A stretch of 64,000 bases of DNA from Octopus sinensis (GCF_006345805.1 NC_043000.1:142166001-142230000), one strand, 5' to 3'. Numbered from the stretch's first letter, positions 38,144 through 52,944 are shown. Made by a program: numbers and translations. Notes: generated by a model not told the origin, from the sequence alone.

Positions 38144-39194
38144 TTAACAAAATTTTGTGCAAATACCGCTTAGATGTTGTGGATTCAGAGTATACAGGGA
38201 TTTATGAGAACGACTTTTCGCGAGGGGTTGGAGAGAGGAGTGTTACAAAATTCACTCGATATGACTTTTTCCCCCTTATAACTTTTAGGAAGATGGGTAT
38301 CTTTTAATGAAAATATATACACATCCCTTTCAAACGGCATAGATTATAATTATAAATAAACTTATGGGGAAAATTTTTTGAGGGATTTTCCCCATTTTTT
38401 AAACCATTGTCTTCGAAATGATGAGGTGTGGTGGGATCTTTGTATGAAAAAAGTTCTGAAAACATTTTTTTTACACCCCCCTCACTCATCATCCCACTCC
38501 GGACATATTTTGGCCGATTGTTTTCTTTTTTTTTTTTCTCTTGCACTTCAAAACCACGGAAAGAGCATTTTCGGTAAAAAAAAAAAACCAGATTTTTTAT
38601 CGTTAATATTTTCCGAGTGGAAAGTGATTTAAGGGTGATTTGGTTGTTGTTTCTAGCACATCCAAAGAGAACCCTCTTCCTTTGTTTATCACTCTCGCAT
38701 GTATTGATGTTTTTCTATATCTTTTTCCCCTAAATACATTTATATGCTATAAAAAAGAAAATCTGAGAAATTATTAATATTTTGCAACCCCTGTCTCTGC
38801 CCCCTGAGATGGTCATAACTGGCATTTATCCGGTGATTTAAAAACAAAATACGGAGATATACTTGTATATCAAGTGACTTCATCTTGGATCGTGTGCTAA
38901 AACAAAAACAATTGCAGTGCGGAAGATGTTTGTAAACCATTCAAGAACTCACAAATACCGTTAGTTTCACTTCAACTTTAAAACTTCATTTGTGTCCAAA
39001 TATTTTCGTCGTTTGAAACCGCGACCTGTTCACTGATAAAACTTCCCAAAAGTGATGCAGCAAGAAGTTTTGTCAGTGAACAGCACACGCACGCACGCAC
39101 GCATGCGCGCGCGCACACACACACACACACACATTGCCTTTCATTTGTGTCTATTTGTATCCATGTGTGTGCACGAATATGTATTGGTGTGTGT

Positions 39195-39226
<32 letters not shown>

Positions 39227-39227
39227 T

Positions 39228-39560
39228 TCGGCAGACGATCCAGAAGTACCCTGCATAAAACCTTTCCTACGACAGAAAGCAATGATATTCCCTTATAGTT
39301 ACCGCAATCATTCCTGTTGCCCTTTCCCTTATATAAGACCAACATTACCATATCTCTCCAGTCCTCGGGTACAGATTTACTAGCCCATATCCTACCTAAC
39401 AAGGAGTGGGGAAGTTGCTGCAGAAGTTTCTCACCACCCTGCTGTTACAACTCCGCATATATGCCATCCATACACAGAGACCTCCCCTTACTCACCCTTG
39501 AGACAGCCACATCTTCCAACTTCGTTGGTTCTACGAGAGCCGCCTTCACTGTGAGACGAT
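39228..39560 (-). mobile_element. RTE-clade LINE RT N-terminal fragment
   Basis: VPEDWRD..LVLYKGKGNRNDCGNYKGISLLSVVGKVLCRVLLDRL. Confidence 0.85.
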
Positions 39561-40519
39561 TCCTCAGCAGGAAACCCAGAAAATAGTTTTGGGGATGTCA
39601 TAAAACGCAAGCCATATGTTCTGGAGTTCGATATGTAAATTTGGAAGAAATTGACTGCATGTTCCACACCATGGAGAGAGACATTCCTCTACAGGTTTGA
39701 CGTCTTCGAACAAAAGAAAATGAAACGTACTTATTTGAAGATTTCGCTGCGTAAGTGGGACTCAGATGCAGTGATTCCAGGAACCCAGCGGAACTGAGGC
39801 GGGTGGATGTTTTTGCCGATCAAGGGCTGTGTTAGTCAGCCATCCAATTTAAAGTGGGCCAGACAGAAACCGAGCTGCTTGAGAGAAGAATCGACCGTTA
39901 CATGCGTGCTAATAAAGAATATTAAATATCATCCCTGTTACGTTCCTGCAACACAAAATCTTGTCCGTAAAACCACTTGCGTGCACATGATCGTGCAATG
40001 TTCAATTTAGAGATGACACTCTGGTGACAAGAAGTAGCAATCAACGCATAAACACGCACACACACACACACATACACACACACTCGCATGCACACACACA
40101 CATACACCACGCATATATAACTCACACACATACATAACTATACGGTTTTGTAAAACTTTATAATTACAATATTTAGAAAAGGATTTTTTAAAAGTTATTA
40201 ACTATTTTAAAAACTCCTTTTGTTTAACAGAATATTCTTACAATTTGTGGAAAATCATTAGTGTGCATTTTGTGTGTAAGCGCTTTCATTTTTCAACTTA
40301 GCAAACACACACGCTCCGGGGTGATGCATGAAAGCGAAGTTGCTTTTTATATTAATGTTATGTGTGTTTTATTTTCGGATATAGAATTTTTGTTTAGTGT
40401 TCTTTTCCGTTGTAGTTGATCACTTTAATCTTTTATTCTGTAATGGGGGAATACCTTAAACTGTTGTTTGCACAAATCTCTAAATTTTTACTACAGGAAA
40501 CATTCCTGAGAGATGAGTA

Positions 40520-41530
40520 TTTAATTTGCATTATGCGCACGTTTGCAATTCATGTTTGTATTCCTTTTCAATTTCTTCCCATTCTTGAATCTTTTGTCTG
40601 TTATTTGCTCAATTATTTCACGTCTCACAACAAAGGTCTCCACAATTTGCCACTTGTATCATTTCCTTCTCCCGTGTGAATCTCGCCTTTGTTAGAATAC
40701 TCTTGTGTTTTGGTAGCTGTCATCGAATATCAAGGATTTGTGGTCTTTTTAATTATGTGACGGAGATTTCATGATTGATATGAAACTGGGAAGTGTCGTT
40801 TGGTCGAATGGAGGATAATGTGGTTCCTAGGATGTTCCTAACAGTCATTAAAACGGAATATTTATATTTGGATTTTCATTTTCACCCTTAACATGAGTTT
40901 TCTCTGTAAGATATAGATCGGGATTTCCTTTCCCTTACCTATGTTATGAGCTCCTTGTTTTTGGTTTAGTGACGGGGTTATATATGTTTTTGAATGAACA
41001 CATTTAGTTCTACCGGTCTTTTCTCTCCTTTATTGATATCTAGGTATTGAGCGTATACATCCTGTCATACCGAATGATAAGTTTCTTTTTGTATAGATTG
41101 TGTTGCAACATCTAAAATCTAAATATCGGTGCGTGTCTTTGTCTTTGAAATAGATATCTGTTGTAACGGCCTCAGTTCGTTTGATTATTGAAAAGTCCAC
41201 AAAAGGAAGGTCCCTTTCATTATTCCCATGGGATTTTTGATCGACTGATAAATACTGTTTACCTCAGATACCATGTAATGTCCTCGTCAATTTTGTTCCA
41301 AAATATAAAGTAGTCATCCAAAAATATATTGCAGTTTTCAATTAAATAGGTTTGGAAATAAATAGTAAAATATAGTTAGACGGGTATAAACTTTTCTTGC
41401 AGGCACCCCGAGACTAGTTGCACAAACGTTGGTGCAACTTTGTCCCCATTGCTGTGCATTATATCTGTAGATTATATAGGATTGGTTGTCAAAAAATTTG
41501 TTTTCCAGTAATACCATTACCATTAAGCAT
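40520..41530 (-). mobile_element. Penelope-like element RT, thumb and Cys-linker remnant (Neptune/Poseidon-type)
   Basis: TAMGTKVAPTF, FLDDYFIF, LPFVD, TDIYFKDKDTHRYLDF, ILTKARF and a Cys-rich linker (NCGDLCCET) on the minus strand. Confidence 0.75.
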
Positions 41531-41859
41531 GTTTCAATCAAATGTAGAACCATCAACACAAACAACGTCTTTAAATTGTTAGACAGGAGTATTATTCAAA
41601 AAAATTCGATGATGAAGATGAATAGCTACGATTCTTAAATGTTGTACATTTTGAATACATTTTGCTTACCCTAAAGCCAGGATTAAGGGAATAGATCAAG
41701 ACTCAAATGTGTTGTACCATTGGTGATATAATCATATTACTAGGCTAGTATCTCTAGAACTATATAGCAAGGTGTGATACGACGAAACGTTAACAGTAAT
41801 TTTTTACAAATCACTCAACTTCGTAGAATCACATTTGTAAGAAATCTAGGTGGGAGACA

Positions 41860-42027
41860 ATATTTTGTGTTTATATTCAACTGAGATGGTTCTCCTTCTG
41901 AGCTCTTTGCGAAGTTTCGGGGACGTAAACACACCAGTATCGGTTGTCAAGCGATGTTTGGGGGGGGGTGACAAAAACTGAAAGAAACAAACACACAAAC
42001 ACACACAGACACACACACACACACACA

Positions 42028-42090
<63 letters not shown>

Positions 42091-42099
42091 ATATATATA

Positions 42100-42144
<45 letters not shown>

Positions 42145-42175
42145 TAAATATACATGTATACGTCGGGCTTCTTTC
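41860..42175 (-). mobile_element. SINE family A, partial, with expanded internal microsatellite
   Basis: CGGGGACGTAAACACACCAG.ATCGGTTGTCAAGCGATG and CGGGCTTCTTTCA are reverse complements of family A segments. Confidence 0.8.
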
Positions 42176-42879
42176 ACTTGTATACGTATATATATATGAA
42201 ACGTCCACAATGGATTAAATATACACTTAAACTATTTGAAGAAACATAGATTCCCAGGTTCAGTAATTATACTAGTAATGATAATGTGATAATTAATGAT
42301 ATTTTGGCAAATAATACGAAACCAATTTTAGTCATAATAACAATAATAATATTAGTTGAGGGTTTAACCCCAAACATATGTGAATTCCCTCTAAACGAAG
42401 AAAGTATTGCACATAGTAAAATGTGGACAAAAATGCTACAATTGATTGTGATATAAATTAGCCTTTTATAACCCACGATTTAACTGTAATAACAGTGGTG
42501 GTTATTGTTAGAGAAGAATTCAATTTGATTTTTAAAAGTAACGCAATAATATTCAACTAAGTACCAACGTAGGAAGTTTGTTTGAATTATTTCCCTTTCA
42601 AAACATCGTAAGTGATTGACAGCTGATGTAATTGCAGCGACTAGGGTGCATAATTGCATATAGTTTTTGCTGCAATTGAAACATATGTTGGTCGTTGTTA
42701 TATATATGCTGTAAAAATATTTTTAATAAAAAGTGTTGGATGTGAATAAATCTTCACTCTCCTTTTCGAACAAATGTTTATGTTAAAATGAAGAGAGAGA
42801 TCAAAGGACAAGATGAGAAAGGAAGAAAGAAAGAAAGGGGAAGAGAAAACAAAAACAAGATGAGAAAATGAAAAACAAA

Positions 42880-43110
42880 TGTAAGAAAGGGAAAAAAGGA
42901 GTGTTAGTTGGTGGTCAAAATATTATGGGGGTGAATGGGAGAAGAGTAGAGGATGGGTAGGAAGAGATTGAAATGTAAGTAATGAATATGTGTGAGGTGG
43001 GTGCAGTGGGGTGATATGTTAGAATGTCATTAAGGAATGGGTACAGCAAAAGGCATTGGAGGGGGTTTTCTAATGTGAGTAGTAAACCAGAAAACGGAAG
43101 CCAAGAATAC
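42880..43110 (-). mobile_element. possible very old PLE linker remnant
   Basis: Minus strand ILTYHPT resembles the PLE post-thumb motif LxLTYHP; little else is recognisable. Confidence 0.25.
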
Positions 43111-43452
43111 TACTAAGAATGGTCAAGTTTCTATAAATAGACATATGTGTTTGTTCTACTGGATAATGTGATAGTGTTGGTAGAGGAATCAGAAAGAAAG
43201 AAGTGTATATCAATATCCGTACTCACACATGTACATATATGTATGTGTGCATGCATTATTATAGAGTCCTGCGTACTTGTGTATTTAAACCCGTACGCAT
43301 GCTTGAATACACACACACGTATATACAGACACATATACGCATACCCATAAATACATGCTTATAAGCATACAACTGCGCACACATACACGCATACATGCAT
43401 GCCTATACACACATACACACACGCACGCACACACACATATATATACATATAT

Positions 43453-43640
43453 ATTTCTTTACTACCCACAAGGAGCTAAACATAGAGGGGACAAACAGGG
43501 ACAGACAAAAGGATTAAGTCGATTACATCGACTGCAGTGCGAAATTGGTACTTTTTTTATCGGCCCCGAAAGGATGAATGGCAAAGTTGACCTCGGCGGA
43601 ATTTGAACTCAGAACGTAACGACAGACGAAATACCGTATT
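43453..43640 (-). mobile_element. SINE family B, body without head
   Basis: Reverse complement of the 184-bp unit at 30056-30239. Confidence 0.9.
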
Positions 43641-46600
43641 ACACATGGTTGAAAGCTACACTGATGTCTCGGGAAACAGATTTGTTGTTACCAATTTTCT
43701 CTGGAGCCATGAGTGACATATAAATGTAAGTTGCCAGTGTATTTGTCTCTGCAATATTCGCAATAGAATCCATAGAATACATTACATACTTCGGTTCAAT
43801 TCAATTTTGCAAACTTCATCATTAAGGTAATTCATCAACAAGTCAAGCCATAAGAATTAAGAGATTGCGTTTCGTCCCACATCAAACTTGTGTGCTCTTT
43901 ATCTCAGTTACATAGGTTTTCCATGAATACTTTACTGTTATTCTGAAAGCAGTCCCCTTCACCATAAAGCAATAATTGGGACATAATATGAACTTTTTTC
44001 CAAAAAATATAGACACCAATGATATTAAGCAAACATCTATTTTCTTGGTTTCCGAATGTATGATTTAATTCAATGTGCTTAGAAGTCGTCGAGAATAAGT
44101 TATATATTAAAACGTGTTACATTCTCAGTCTATAAATATACAGCTTTTACGAATATACCACTTTCACATATTCTGCACCACAGAAAACCTCCTAATGCAG
44201 GTCCTTTCGAGCGAACAATCATGTAGCTGTCATTCCTTATTTACTTAAGAATATGGGTAAATTGACTTTAGCTGTTCCGAACTCTGCAAACCATTTACAC
44301 TTACAGTGATATATAATACACTACATCTAACGATGACCGGCACCCATCCCCACATTAGCATTACCTATTTGATAGAATTTTCGTGCCTTAATAATATTCA
44401 CCTTATTTTTTTCGAGAGGATATATATGATGATCTTCTGTCAGGTATTAAGATAAGTCAAATATTCCCCTAGATCTCTCTCTATGTAAGGAATTTTTATT
44501 TCATCTCTTGCGACAATTACTAGTTATTGTGTTTTTTTTTTAACACTCACTTCTTATTGTCATCGGTTTTGCTGTGTATGTATTTCATTTTATATTTCAT
44601 AATATGAACATGTGTTGCCAGCGGCAGAACTTTAGATGTAAAAGAATGCTTTCAAATCGATTCGCAAAGTTATCGCTTCGGTACATCTCCATTTAACCGC
44701 TACATTCTAGATTCACAACATCAAACATCGATGTCACAATGTTCTAATCAGGCGACAAACATATGTTATAGTGATTCTGTTCAGGGAATTAATTTTAAAT
44801 TAAAATTACCGATACGCTATTTATCTATTTCATTTTCCTTTCATGTTTTCCTAATGTTTTTGTGCATTATTTATTTTTTGCTCGATGTTTTCTCCTTTGT
44901 AGAATGGCATTGGTTTCTATTGACTTGTTGTGGACTTTATTACCTTTTACGACGGGTATTAGCAGTGAAAGTTGAATGTATAGTTTCAGTTAAGAATCAA
45001 TATCATAGAGGTTTGATACAATGGGAGAATATAATATTTCTCTAGATTTGCATCTGAAATTTGCTAAGGATATTTAGCGAACATTTTGTAAAATAATTAA
45101 CAACAATTATAATGCATATCGCAAATTGGTGTTGAATTCTCAGAATACTTATAAAACAGATTCTTATGATTACCAATTACAGCCGATTCATTTTATTATT
45201 TTTAATTATTTTCCCTGCATAAATTAGTGACAGATATTTCAAATTCTCACTTTATTAAAAAAATTTCTGGAACTAATGTTGAAAATATATAATCTCGATG
45301 TATTCTATAATTGTGTAATCACACTGTAGTCGTAGCAGACTTGATTATGAACGTAACTTCTCTGCTTCGCTAAATATCATATATATTCTTTTACAGTTAA
45401 TTTTTTACTATGAAAGATATTTCTGGTTTTGTCAAATGTTGATAAAAAATTTCAAGTGTTGAATGAAATTCCTTTCAAAAGTATTGCCCCTTTTGATATC
45501 AGTGATTGCATGTGCTTAAGGGAGGTTTTACACGCAGTTTCCACCTGTTTTTGAAGAGGTGCTGTGGCTGTGATCTAAGTGACAGAAAGGCAATTAGATG
45601 GTTTTGATGTTCCCTAATTACATTCTGGATCAATTTACTTTGAGCACGGAACAGAAGCACTTGAAATCCTTTTCATAAAATTACAATATACTGCAAAATA
45701 AATAAAGACTGAATCCAATGTCAATGGGATAAAGCAGGTTTAAATTCAAATACAGGCATAGATGCTGAGTCGGTGATATATACCTTTCTCAGTTTCTACT
45801 AAAGCCATCAGGCATTCTCTGAAAACGTACAAGACTCCTTGTTCAGTAGTCATTCTCTTATTATTTGCCGGGCTGTTCGAGTACTTTTACTTAAGTCATG
45901 CGCGTATGTAAAGCATTCATTTAAAATTAAGTATGCACTTCTTTCCATAACAATGTTTTCTGAGTTTTACCTTCTCTTCTTACTACAAACACTGAAATAA
46001 ATGCAATCAATATTTAGTATTCTCAATTATATTTCTATCCAGCATTTTAGAAGAAACATTGTATCTTTGTATCTAGTTCTGATTTTAACTCTTATATGTT
46101 GTTTGATTTGAAATATTAAAGAGAAGCTATACATTTATATTTTGTCCAATTTTGTTCTTGTCAGTTAATTCTGTTCTTCACTATATAATTAGCTTTCATT
46201 ATACATAAAAGGTACATCATGTCAAACATCTTTCCTCTTCAGACACAGTGATACAGTTATCATTCATATTAAATACGTGCAAAAAATAATGCATTTATAT
46301 TTCTTGCATTACTAGAGGAACTTGGAGTGAAAAGAAACTAATCTAATCGCTTCAGTCATCTGCTCAGGATAAATTAACCCAAAACATATGGACCGAATTA
46401 CAATATAAGAAGAATACAAGACATGTACAATTTGAGAAGTGAAATTAATTCATCCTGGTTACTATTATTCTATAGTGCAATCTGGTTACTATTATACTAG
46501 AGTGCATTCTTATGTTGAATTAAATACAGCACTAAGGATTGTTTGCAGTAAATTACGCTGACTTAATAATATTAGAGACACTACTTACATGGCCTCCCAA

Positions 46601-47663
46601 AAGGAGTTGATTCTTGCTTTATATGAATGCAAACCTACAGGATTAAAAAATAATATGTTTATTGCATTGTTTCGTTTGCGTTAATTTGAAATTCTTTCAA
46701 TGAATAATAATCTCTCGTTATTAATGGCAGCGCGAGTGGAGAATTGTTTCAATTCTCAAGGCAGTAAATGTTTGATCAAGTTCACTAGAATGCAAATTAT
46801 TAGGAGAATCGCGAAATGTGACAATATATTGTGAGATTAAAGATTCAAAAGGATTATAGGGACTCTTCCGATCATGATCTATATTTCGACAATATCTGAG
46901 CGTCTTCAGAAAACACAAAAGAATTAAAATTGTTGTAATCATTATATAGATCCGATAGCACAGTTTTTCAAACAGTTCATATAGGAAAAGTGGAAAACCA
47001 TTTCACTTTTTCCTGGCAGAATTATTGATGTAAGTGAACTAAAGTAAACAGCCAAGAAACATTGATAAGATCGTATGCTTGTAACACGCCAAGTACTGTA
47101 GGGCTAATGAAAATAAAGGCAGATGTGAATATTTCACGATAGCATATCATAAACAATTTTGAAACCGACAAAAAATAAAACATTACGAAAATAATCAAGC
47201 AGCTAAATGGTCAAAATAAATTATTTATTCCTAAAATTTCCTGTTAAATTCGACTGTACTTCACACTGTTTTAAATTCTCTAACCCTGTATGAAGCGAAC
47301 AGACGTTATTTATCAAAGTAAGAGGCGTTTATTTAGTAAGCGTCTCTTACTTTGATTGTTAACACCCTAAAACTGCAAACGGTAGACAAATAGTAGCATG
47401 CCGTTTCCTCTTTGACAGTTTCGCCTCTAAACCTGATATATAACATTGTAATTTGACTTAGCAATTTGAATATAACAAGTTTGGGTCAATAACTTTAAAC
47501 AGTTTCGCCACATTATGTTAACAGCAGTCATTATTTCATTCTGATATTATTTAGTAATAGCTGAAGCCACCCAGTTTGAACAAATGCAAAACAATGTGTG
47601 CATTCATAAGCGCGCGAACACACACACACTCCTCTCTCTTTCTCTCTTCAAGTACAGACAGAC

Positions 47664-47664
<1 letters not shown>

Positions 47665-47750
<86 letters not shown>

Positions 47751-47792
47751 CATACATACATACATACATACATACACACATACACACATATA
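47665..47792. repeat. (GATA)n/(CATA)n microsatellite
   Basis: Directly visible. Confidence 0.95.
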
Positions 47793-48192
47793 TACTACAA
47801 ATGTAGACGCTTATCGAAGGTCATGCTTACTAAGAACTTACCACTAAGTGCTCGCCTAGTAAATAGTTTTACCTTCTCACTGTGGCTGCGTCTAGTATAT
47901 ATCATATTTTGACCAAGAAATGTTGATTAATTCGGAATTGGTCGACCCAGTTTGAGCTCAGTAAAAAATATGCAGACATTACACAAATATCTAAAATGAA
48001 ATTTGCTAACATCTAATTATAACATTTAATATGTTTTCAAAATCTATCATAATTTACATGATTATTCTCAATTAGTTAATCCGTTGTTCTATTTAATATT
48101 CTAGATATTTCTAATAATGTGCTTATCCTGTTATATATTCTGCAGCTTCCATGAAGGCATGTAACTTTTTCAAAATTTTCACCTATCTAGAT

Positions 48193-48196
<4 letters not shown>

Positions 48197-48282
<86 letters not shown>

Positions 48283-48353
48283 TGTATATATACATATACA
48301 TATACACACACACATACATGTATACATATATATATATGCATATATATATACGT

Positions 48354-48429
<76 letters not shown>
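48197..48429. repeat. (TA)n-dominated microsatellite
   Basis: Directly visible. Confidence 0.95.
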
Positions 48430-48432
<3 letters not shown>

Positions 48433-49101
48433 AAGGATGAGGAAGTTAGGCAGGTCGATATAACTTGCTTATCCTTACATATACTCCCCTACCAGCTTAT
48501 GTTTAGACCTCTTGAGCACTACTGTGTTCTATACGACAATATCTGTTTCTCATTAAGAACTATACACACACGCGCGCATATATTAGCGGTTTTTCCTAGT
48601 TAACCTAATGTAATTATTAATTTTCATCCTGTTAAACGGTCAGTAAAATTACAATAATATAGCAGAGTCTGATTCTTACGTTTGCTCTGATTAAGAACCT
48701 ACATATTGTAACAATCTAACTTTCAATATCACAAAAATGAACCCTTTCAGATTGTTTTTGCAATCAACAAATGAAAGCAATCAAGCAGGTATATTCGAAT
48801 ATTGCTGCTTTTTCTTACGCTGCGAAGTAGGATTCGAGTAGCAATTTCAGAATTTTTCACATATATTTATCTAGAAACACAAATAGAAGAAAAACAATTC
48901 AATGATCTTAAATACTTTTAGATGTCAGCATGTACAAGAAGCACAAGTGTAACTGATTTTGTACAATACCTAATTACCCTCCAAGTCAATATTTCATTAT
49001 AATGTACAGCTGAACTTTTAATTCACTAAATCAAATACATACATGCGGTCATGTATACATACATACATACATATATATATACATTCCATATCTATCTTTA
49101 A

Positions 49102-49172
<71 letters not shown>

Positions 49173-49173
<1 letters not shown>

Positions 49174-49372
49174 CAACTAATAAGAGGAATGCCCGCTAAA
49201 GTGGAATCCTATACGTTAGAAATAGACGTCAAATCGCCTTAACACAAAGAGTGTGTTTTCACGAAAAATAATACTCAGCAAACGCCAAAATGTAAAAAAA
49301 ACTAAGCAAGGCAAATGAGAATTTACAAAATTAAACGATTACCTAAGTATCATGATTTCATTATTAACACTT
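49173..49372 (-). mobile_element. 5'-truncated relative of the hammerhead element family
   Basis: Minus strand AATAAT-GAAA-TCATGA-TA, then about 110 nt later GATTTGACGTCTATTTCTAAC plus hairpin, then (TA)n. Confidence 0.45.
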
Positions 49373-50536
49373 GCAAAATGAAAAATGCATGATGAGTGGC
49401 GCAGAAGTGAGAAACTAAGGATTTCAACTTGAACTTTGAGAAAGGTTATTTATTATTTTTATTTCATTTTTTTCTTTTATTCTAGATTTTACATTGATAA
49501 ACCCTTAGCGCATTAACAATTCAGCCATGCTTGTTCGAACAATAATTGCTATTCGCCCACTACGCAAGAGGCATATTCAGACATTTGCAATTATAGATGT
49601 TAGAAAATATAATGTCGTTCCCCCTCGATGGCATTTTATTAGGTTTACTCGAGATAGCAAGCAATCATGCTTGCCCATTCTTTTGATCTCACTTTTTATG
49701 CCAATGATTTAAATTACTATCACTTGCTTAAACGAACAAAATGAACGACGATACCTTGTTTTTAATTTTGAAAAGTATATGAAGGAAAATTACCCTACCA
49801 GAATTTAATCTATTAATTTAGTCATCAATGTACCTCAGATATGTAGCAGCTTATTAAAGAGTCAAAAGGCATCTGGATATCACGTGCATAATTGCTTTCA
49901 TCGGGTTTAGTAAATCAAAGCTGCAAGATGCGTTGATGAGCTGAATTCCCGATAGCTATTTACTTCCGGATTGAAGTTGATTCTTTTTGTTTACCAGTTG
50001 ATGTGTTACAGTGATTAATGGAAAACACAGCTCCAGGCTGTCTTTTATCGAGGTGAATGAAAAACTAACCAGGTTCTGGAGAAAATGAAAATATGTTAGA
50101 AAAATTAAATGCAGAATCTGTGATTTTATACACTTATAATCACTGAATGTGAAAATATATTCCCTTACTTGTCGATAAATTTATTAGCTGTGACAAGTCT
50201 GATCGACAAGTGGTAATTTACATATAAAGTGGGCTTCAAATTCCATATAAAGAATATATAAAAAATAGTAAATTACCACTGATTGCAGAAACAAACACGT
50301 TTCACATTGTTTTATTTAGAAGCATAAGCATGCATCTATGTGTCAGTATATAAGTACATACACAGAAGCACACATGCATACGTACACACAACGCATGCAT
50401 ACAAACATATACAAACATAAATACATACGCGCGTGTGTGTGTGTGTCTGTGTGTGTGTGTGTGTAAAGACACACGTCGTCAAACGAGGAACATTGTGATG
50501 TAAGGTGGTATTAAACAAATAAAGTATTATAATATA

Positions 50537-50932
50537 CTAGCAGTATCGCCCGGCGTTGCTCGGGTTTGTAAGGGAAATAACTATATAAGCATTTGTAGAG
50601 AGTTATAGCCAAAAAAATAGCAATAAAATGCATTAAAAATGGAAAAAAATGATAGTAATTTTTTTTAAATCGTTGACTCATCGTAGACATTTTTAGAGAG
50701 TTACTTCCCCTATATAATAGCGAAAAAATGCATTAAAATGGAAAAAAATGATGGTAATTTTTCAAAAAATTCGTAGACTCATCGTAGACGCGCGCCAATA
50801 CCCAGAAGGGCTCGATATGAATCACGACTATAAGATACCCGGTTTTGGTTAAACTGCACCGCAAAATGTGGGAGTAGTTAGGAATCTAAATCGTAGGAGA
50901 CAGACACACAACTTCACTTTTATATATAAAGA
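50537..50932 (-). mobile_element. non-autonomous Helitron, complete
   Basis: Minus strand A|TCTTTATATATAAAAG ... hairpin CCCGAGCAACGCCGGG ... CTAG|T; internal tandem duplication; no TSD. Confidence 0.9.
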
Positions 50933-52944
50933 TGAAGTTAGACATTTGAAACGCTCAGTAGAAAATGGAACAACAGTACGACTATGTTTGGAAGGAAAGT
51001 GAGTCGACTGACAAAAGGAAGGGAACAGGATCTAACACATAATGACATGTGTTTTTTTTTTATTTCAGGTTTAGCGTAAAAATATTTCGACATTGTGAAT
51101 AAAGTAGGGACACAATCTATGTCGTTAAGATGTGTGGAGAGAAAGACCGTAAAATGGTACGAAAAAATGAGGGAAAACAACACGAATGAAAAAGGTGAAA
51201 ATGCAGCGATAGAGAAGGTAGCGAAAAAGAGGAATGGGGAAGAAATTGAGGGGAATGCTGGTAACCTAAAAACATTGGTGAATATGTAGGTGTTGAGATG
51301 TGTATTTCAATTGTTTACATTTATGTAGGTGTTAAGTTGCATCTAATTTGTGTCAAATAACATAAAGTCTTGTATCTATATAGGTAACACTCATTTTTGC
51401 AATATAATGCGTCGAGCTAAGAATACATATTATTATACGTATGAACAGACATATTCACACACACACACACACATGCGTGTACTAAAATAAAGCATACATA
51501 TGCATTCAACGAAGCACTCACATACATAAACAAGTATCAAGTGTGTATTTGTGTGTATACTTGTATGTTCGTATGTATGCTTAGACATACGAGAAACAAG
51601 CGAATCGACAGTAGTATCTACGTATAAATGTGTCAACGAATATACAAATTTACTTTCCAGATACATGTTTTAAATGAGCGCTAGGCTGGAGAGTAAATTT
51701 GAATGGTTCCTCTGTAATTTTCTGACAATGAATGCTGTTGGCTGTCGCTATATTTTGAATTATGTCAATGTCAAACATTTCGCTATACTGGCAAACTGAT
51801 TAGCTATAAAGAAATTCGTATCAACCTTGAACTAGGCTGCTGCTCTGTATGACAGCCTCAGAGCTGCTGATAGAAGCAGCTTTATCACAGTAGTTGTGTT
51901 CCCTGTTTAACTTCTCTACCTTCTGAGGCACTCCTATTGCTTCAACAACTCTAGAGTAGATAAGGATAATTTTATTATGTCAGCTGTTTTTTGTTCTGTC
52001 AACGAATAAGTGTGATAGTTTATTGATGTACAAAGATAACTGAACCTTATAAATCAAGTATGTGTGCGCGAGTTCACATTGTTGTTACGTCCCAAATAGA
52101 CTTCCGATATCCTGAGGGATTCGCAACAAAAGGCAAGAATCCAATTAATATGAGAATGCCTCCTTTTATTGTAAAATATATATTAACTCTTATAAATTAT
52201 TTTGGTTTGATTTCCTTCTTGATGTTAGATTAACATTTTCGTATCATTTTAATATTGCATTAAAATTAATCTAAATTTGTCTGAGAAATAATCGCTGCTT
52301 GCCAAAATAATATTCACAACAAAATTTACAGTTACCAAGAGAATTCTACAATATAGTTGACTTTTCCGTGCAATTAGTAACGATACTAAACCTGATGCTC
52401 ATAAATTACATAATCTTTCTTATTTCTATATGAGACATAAGGAACACAGTCCAATAAACCATGTAATGACTGTCGCTTCCGTTTTCTCATTAGTAATAAA
52501 ATAACCATCAATTATATTAGAATCTTGCAATATTAACATAATTGTTGCTTTTGTTGTTATTGCTGTCGTTGTTTAGACAGAGACCAGTCGTACCATTTAG
52601 TCTTTCTAATTTCTTGGACTGCATTTTCTAATATACCCTTATCCTTAAGATAGGAAGTTGCAGATTAGCTGATATTTTTATTGCGTTTGTGGAAAAAACA
52701 AAGGTAATTATTAGCCTGAAGTGTATCAGTTGTTGAATGCCTGGTTGAAACTATTGAGCACGTATTACACTGTGATTTATTGTTTAGTTTCGTTCCTTCA
52801 TGATCTTAGTTAAAATGATATTGGAACTGAATATGCTTTAATTCTGTTATGTAAGATAAAGCCGACGCTTGTGTTGTAGAAGATCGATTCAGTCGACTAA
52901 TTCCATTTTTAAAATTCGCACCATTAGTCGAAGTTAGAATTAAT

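Noticed and set aside
41735-41800. GAAACGTTA with flanking partial stems
   Set aside because: No CUGANGA core; too degenerate to call.
46455-46508. 27-bp tandem duplication (also small ones near 5050, 31880 and 53441)
   Set aside because: Ordinary slippage duplications.
46870-46915. Minus-strand CTGAAGA...GAAA...TC
   Set aside because: Stems I and II do not pair in register.
50167-50280. Two overlapping short inverted repeats (10 and 13 bp)
   Set aside because: Short, AT-rich, long loops and no supporting context.
51069-51156. Exon after a strong polypyrimidine acceptor
   Set aside because: Stops in all frames and only weak donors.
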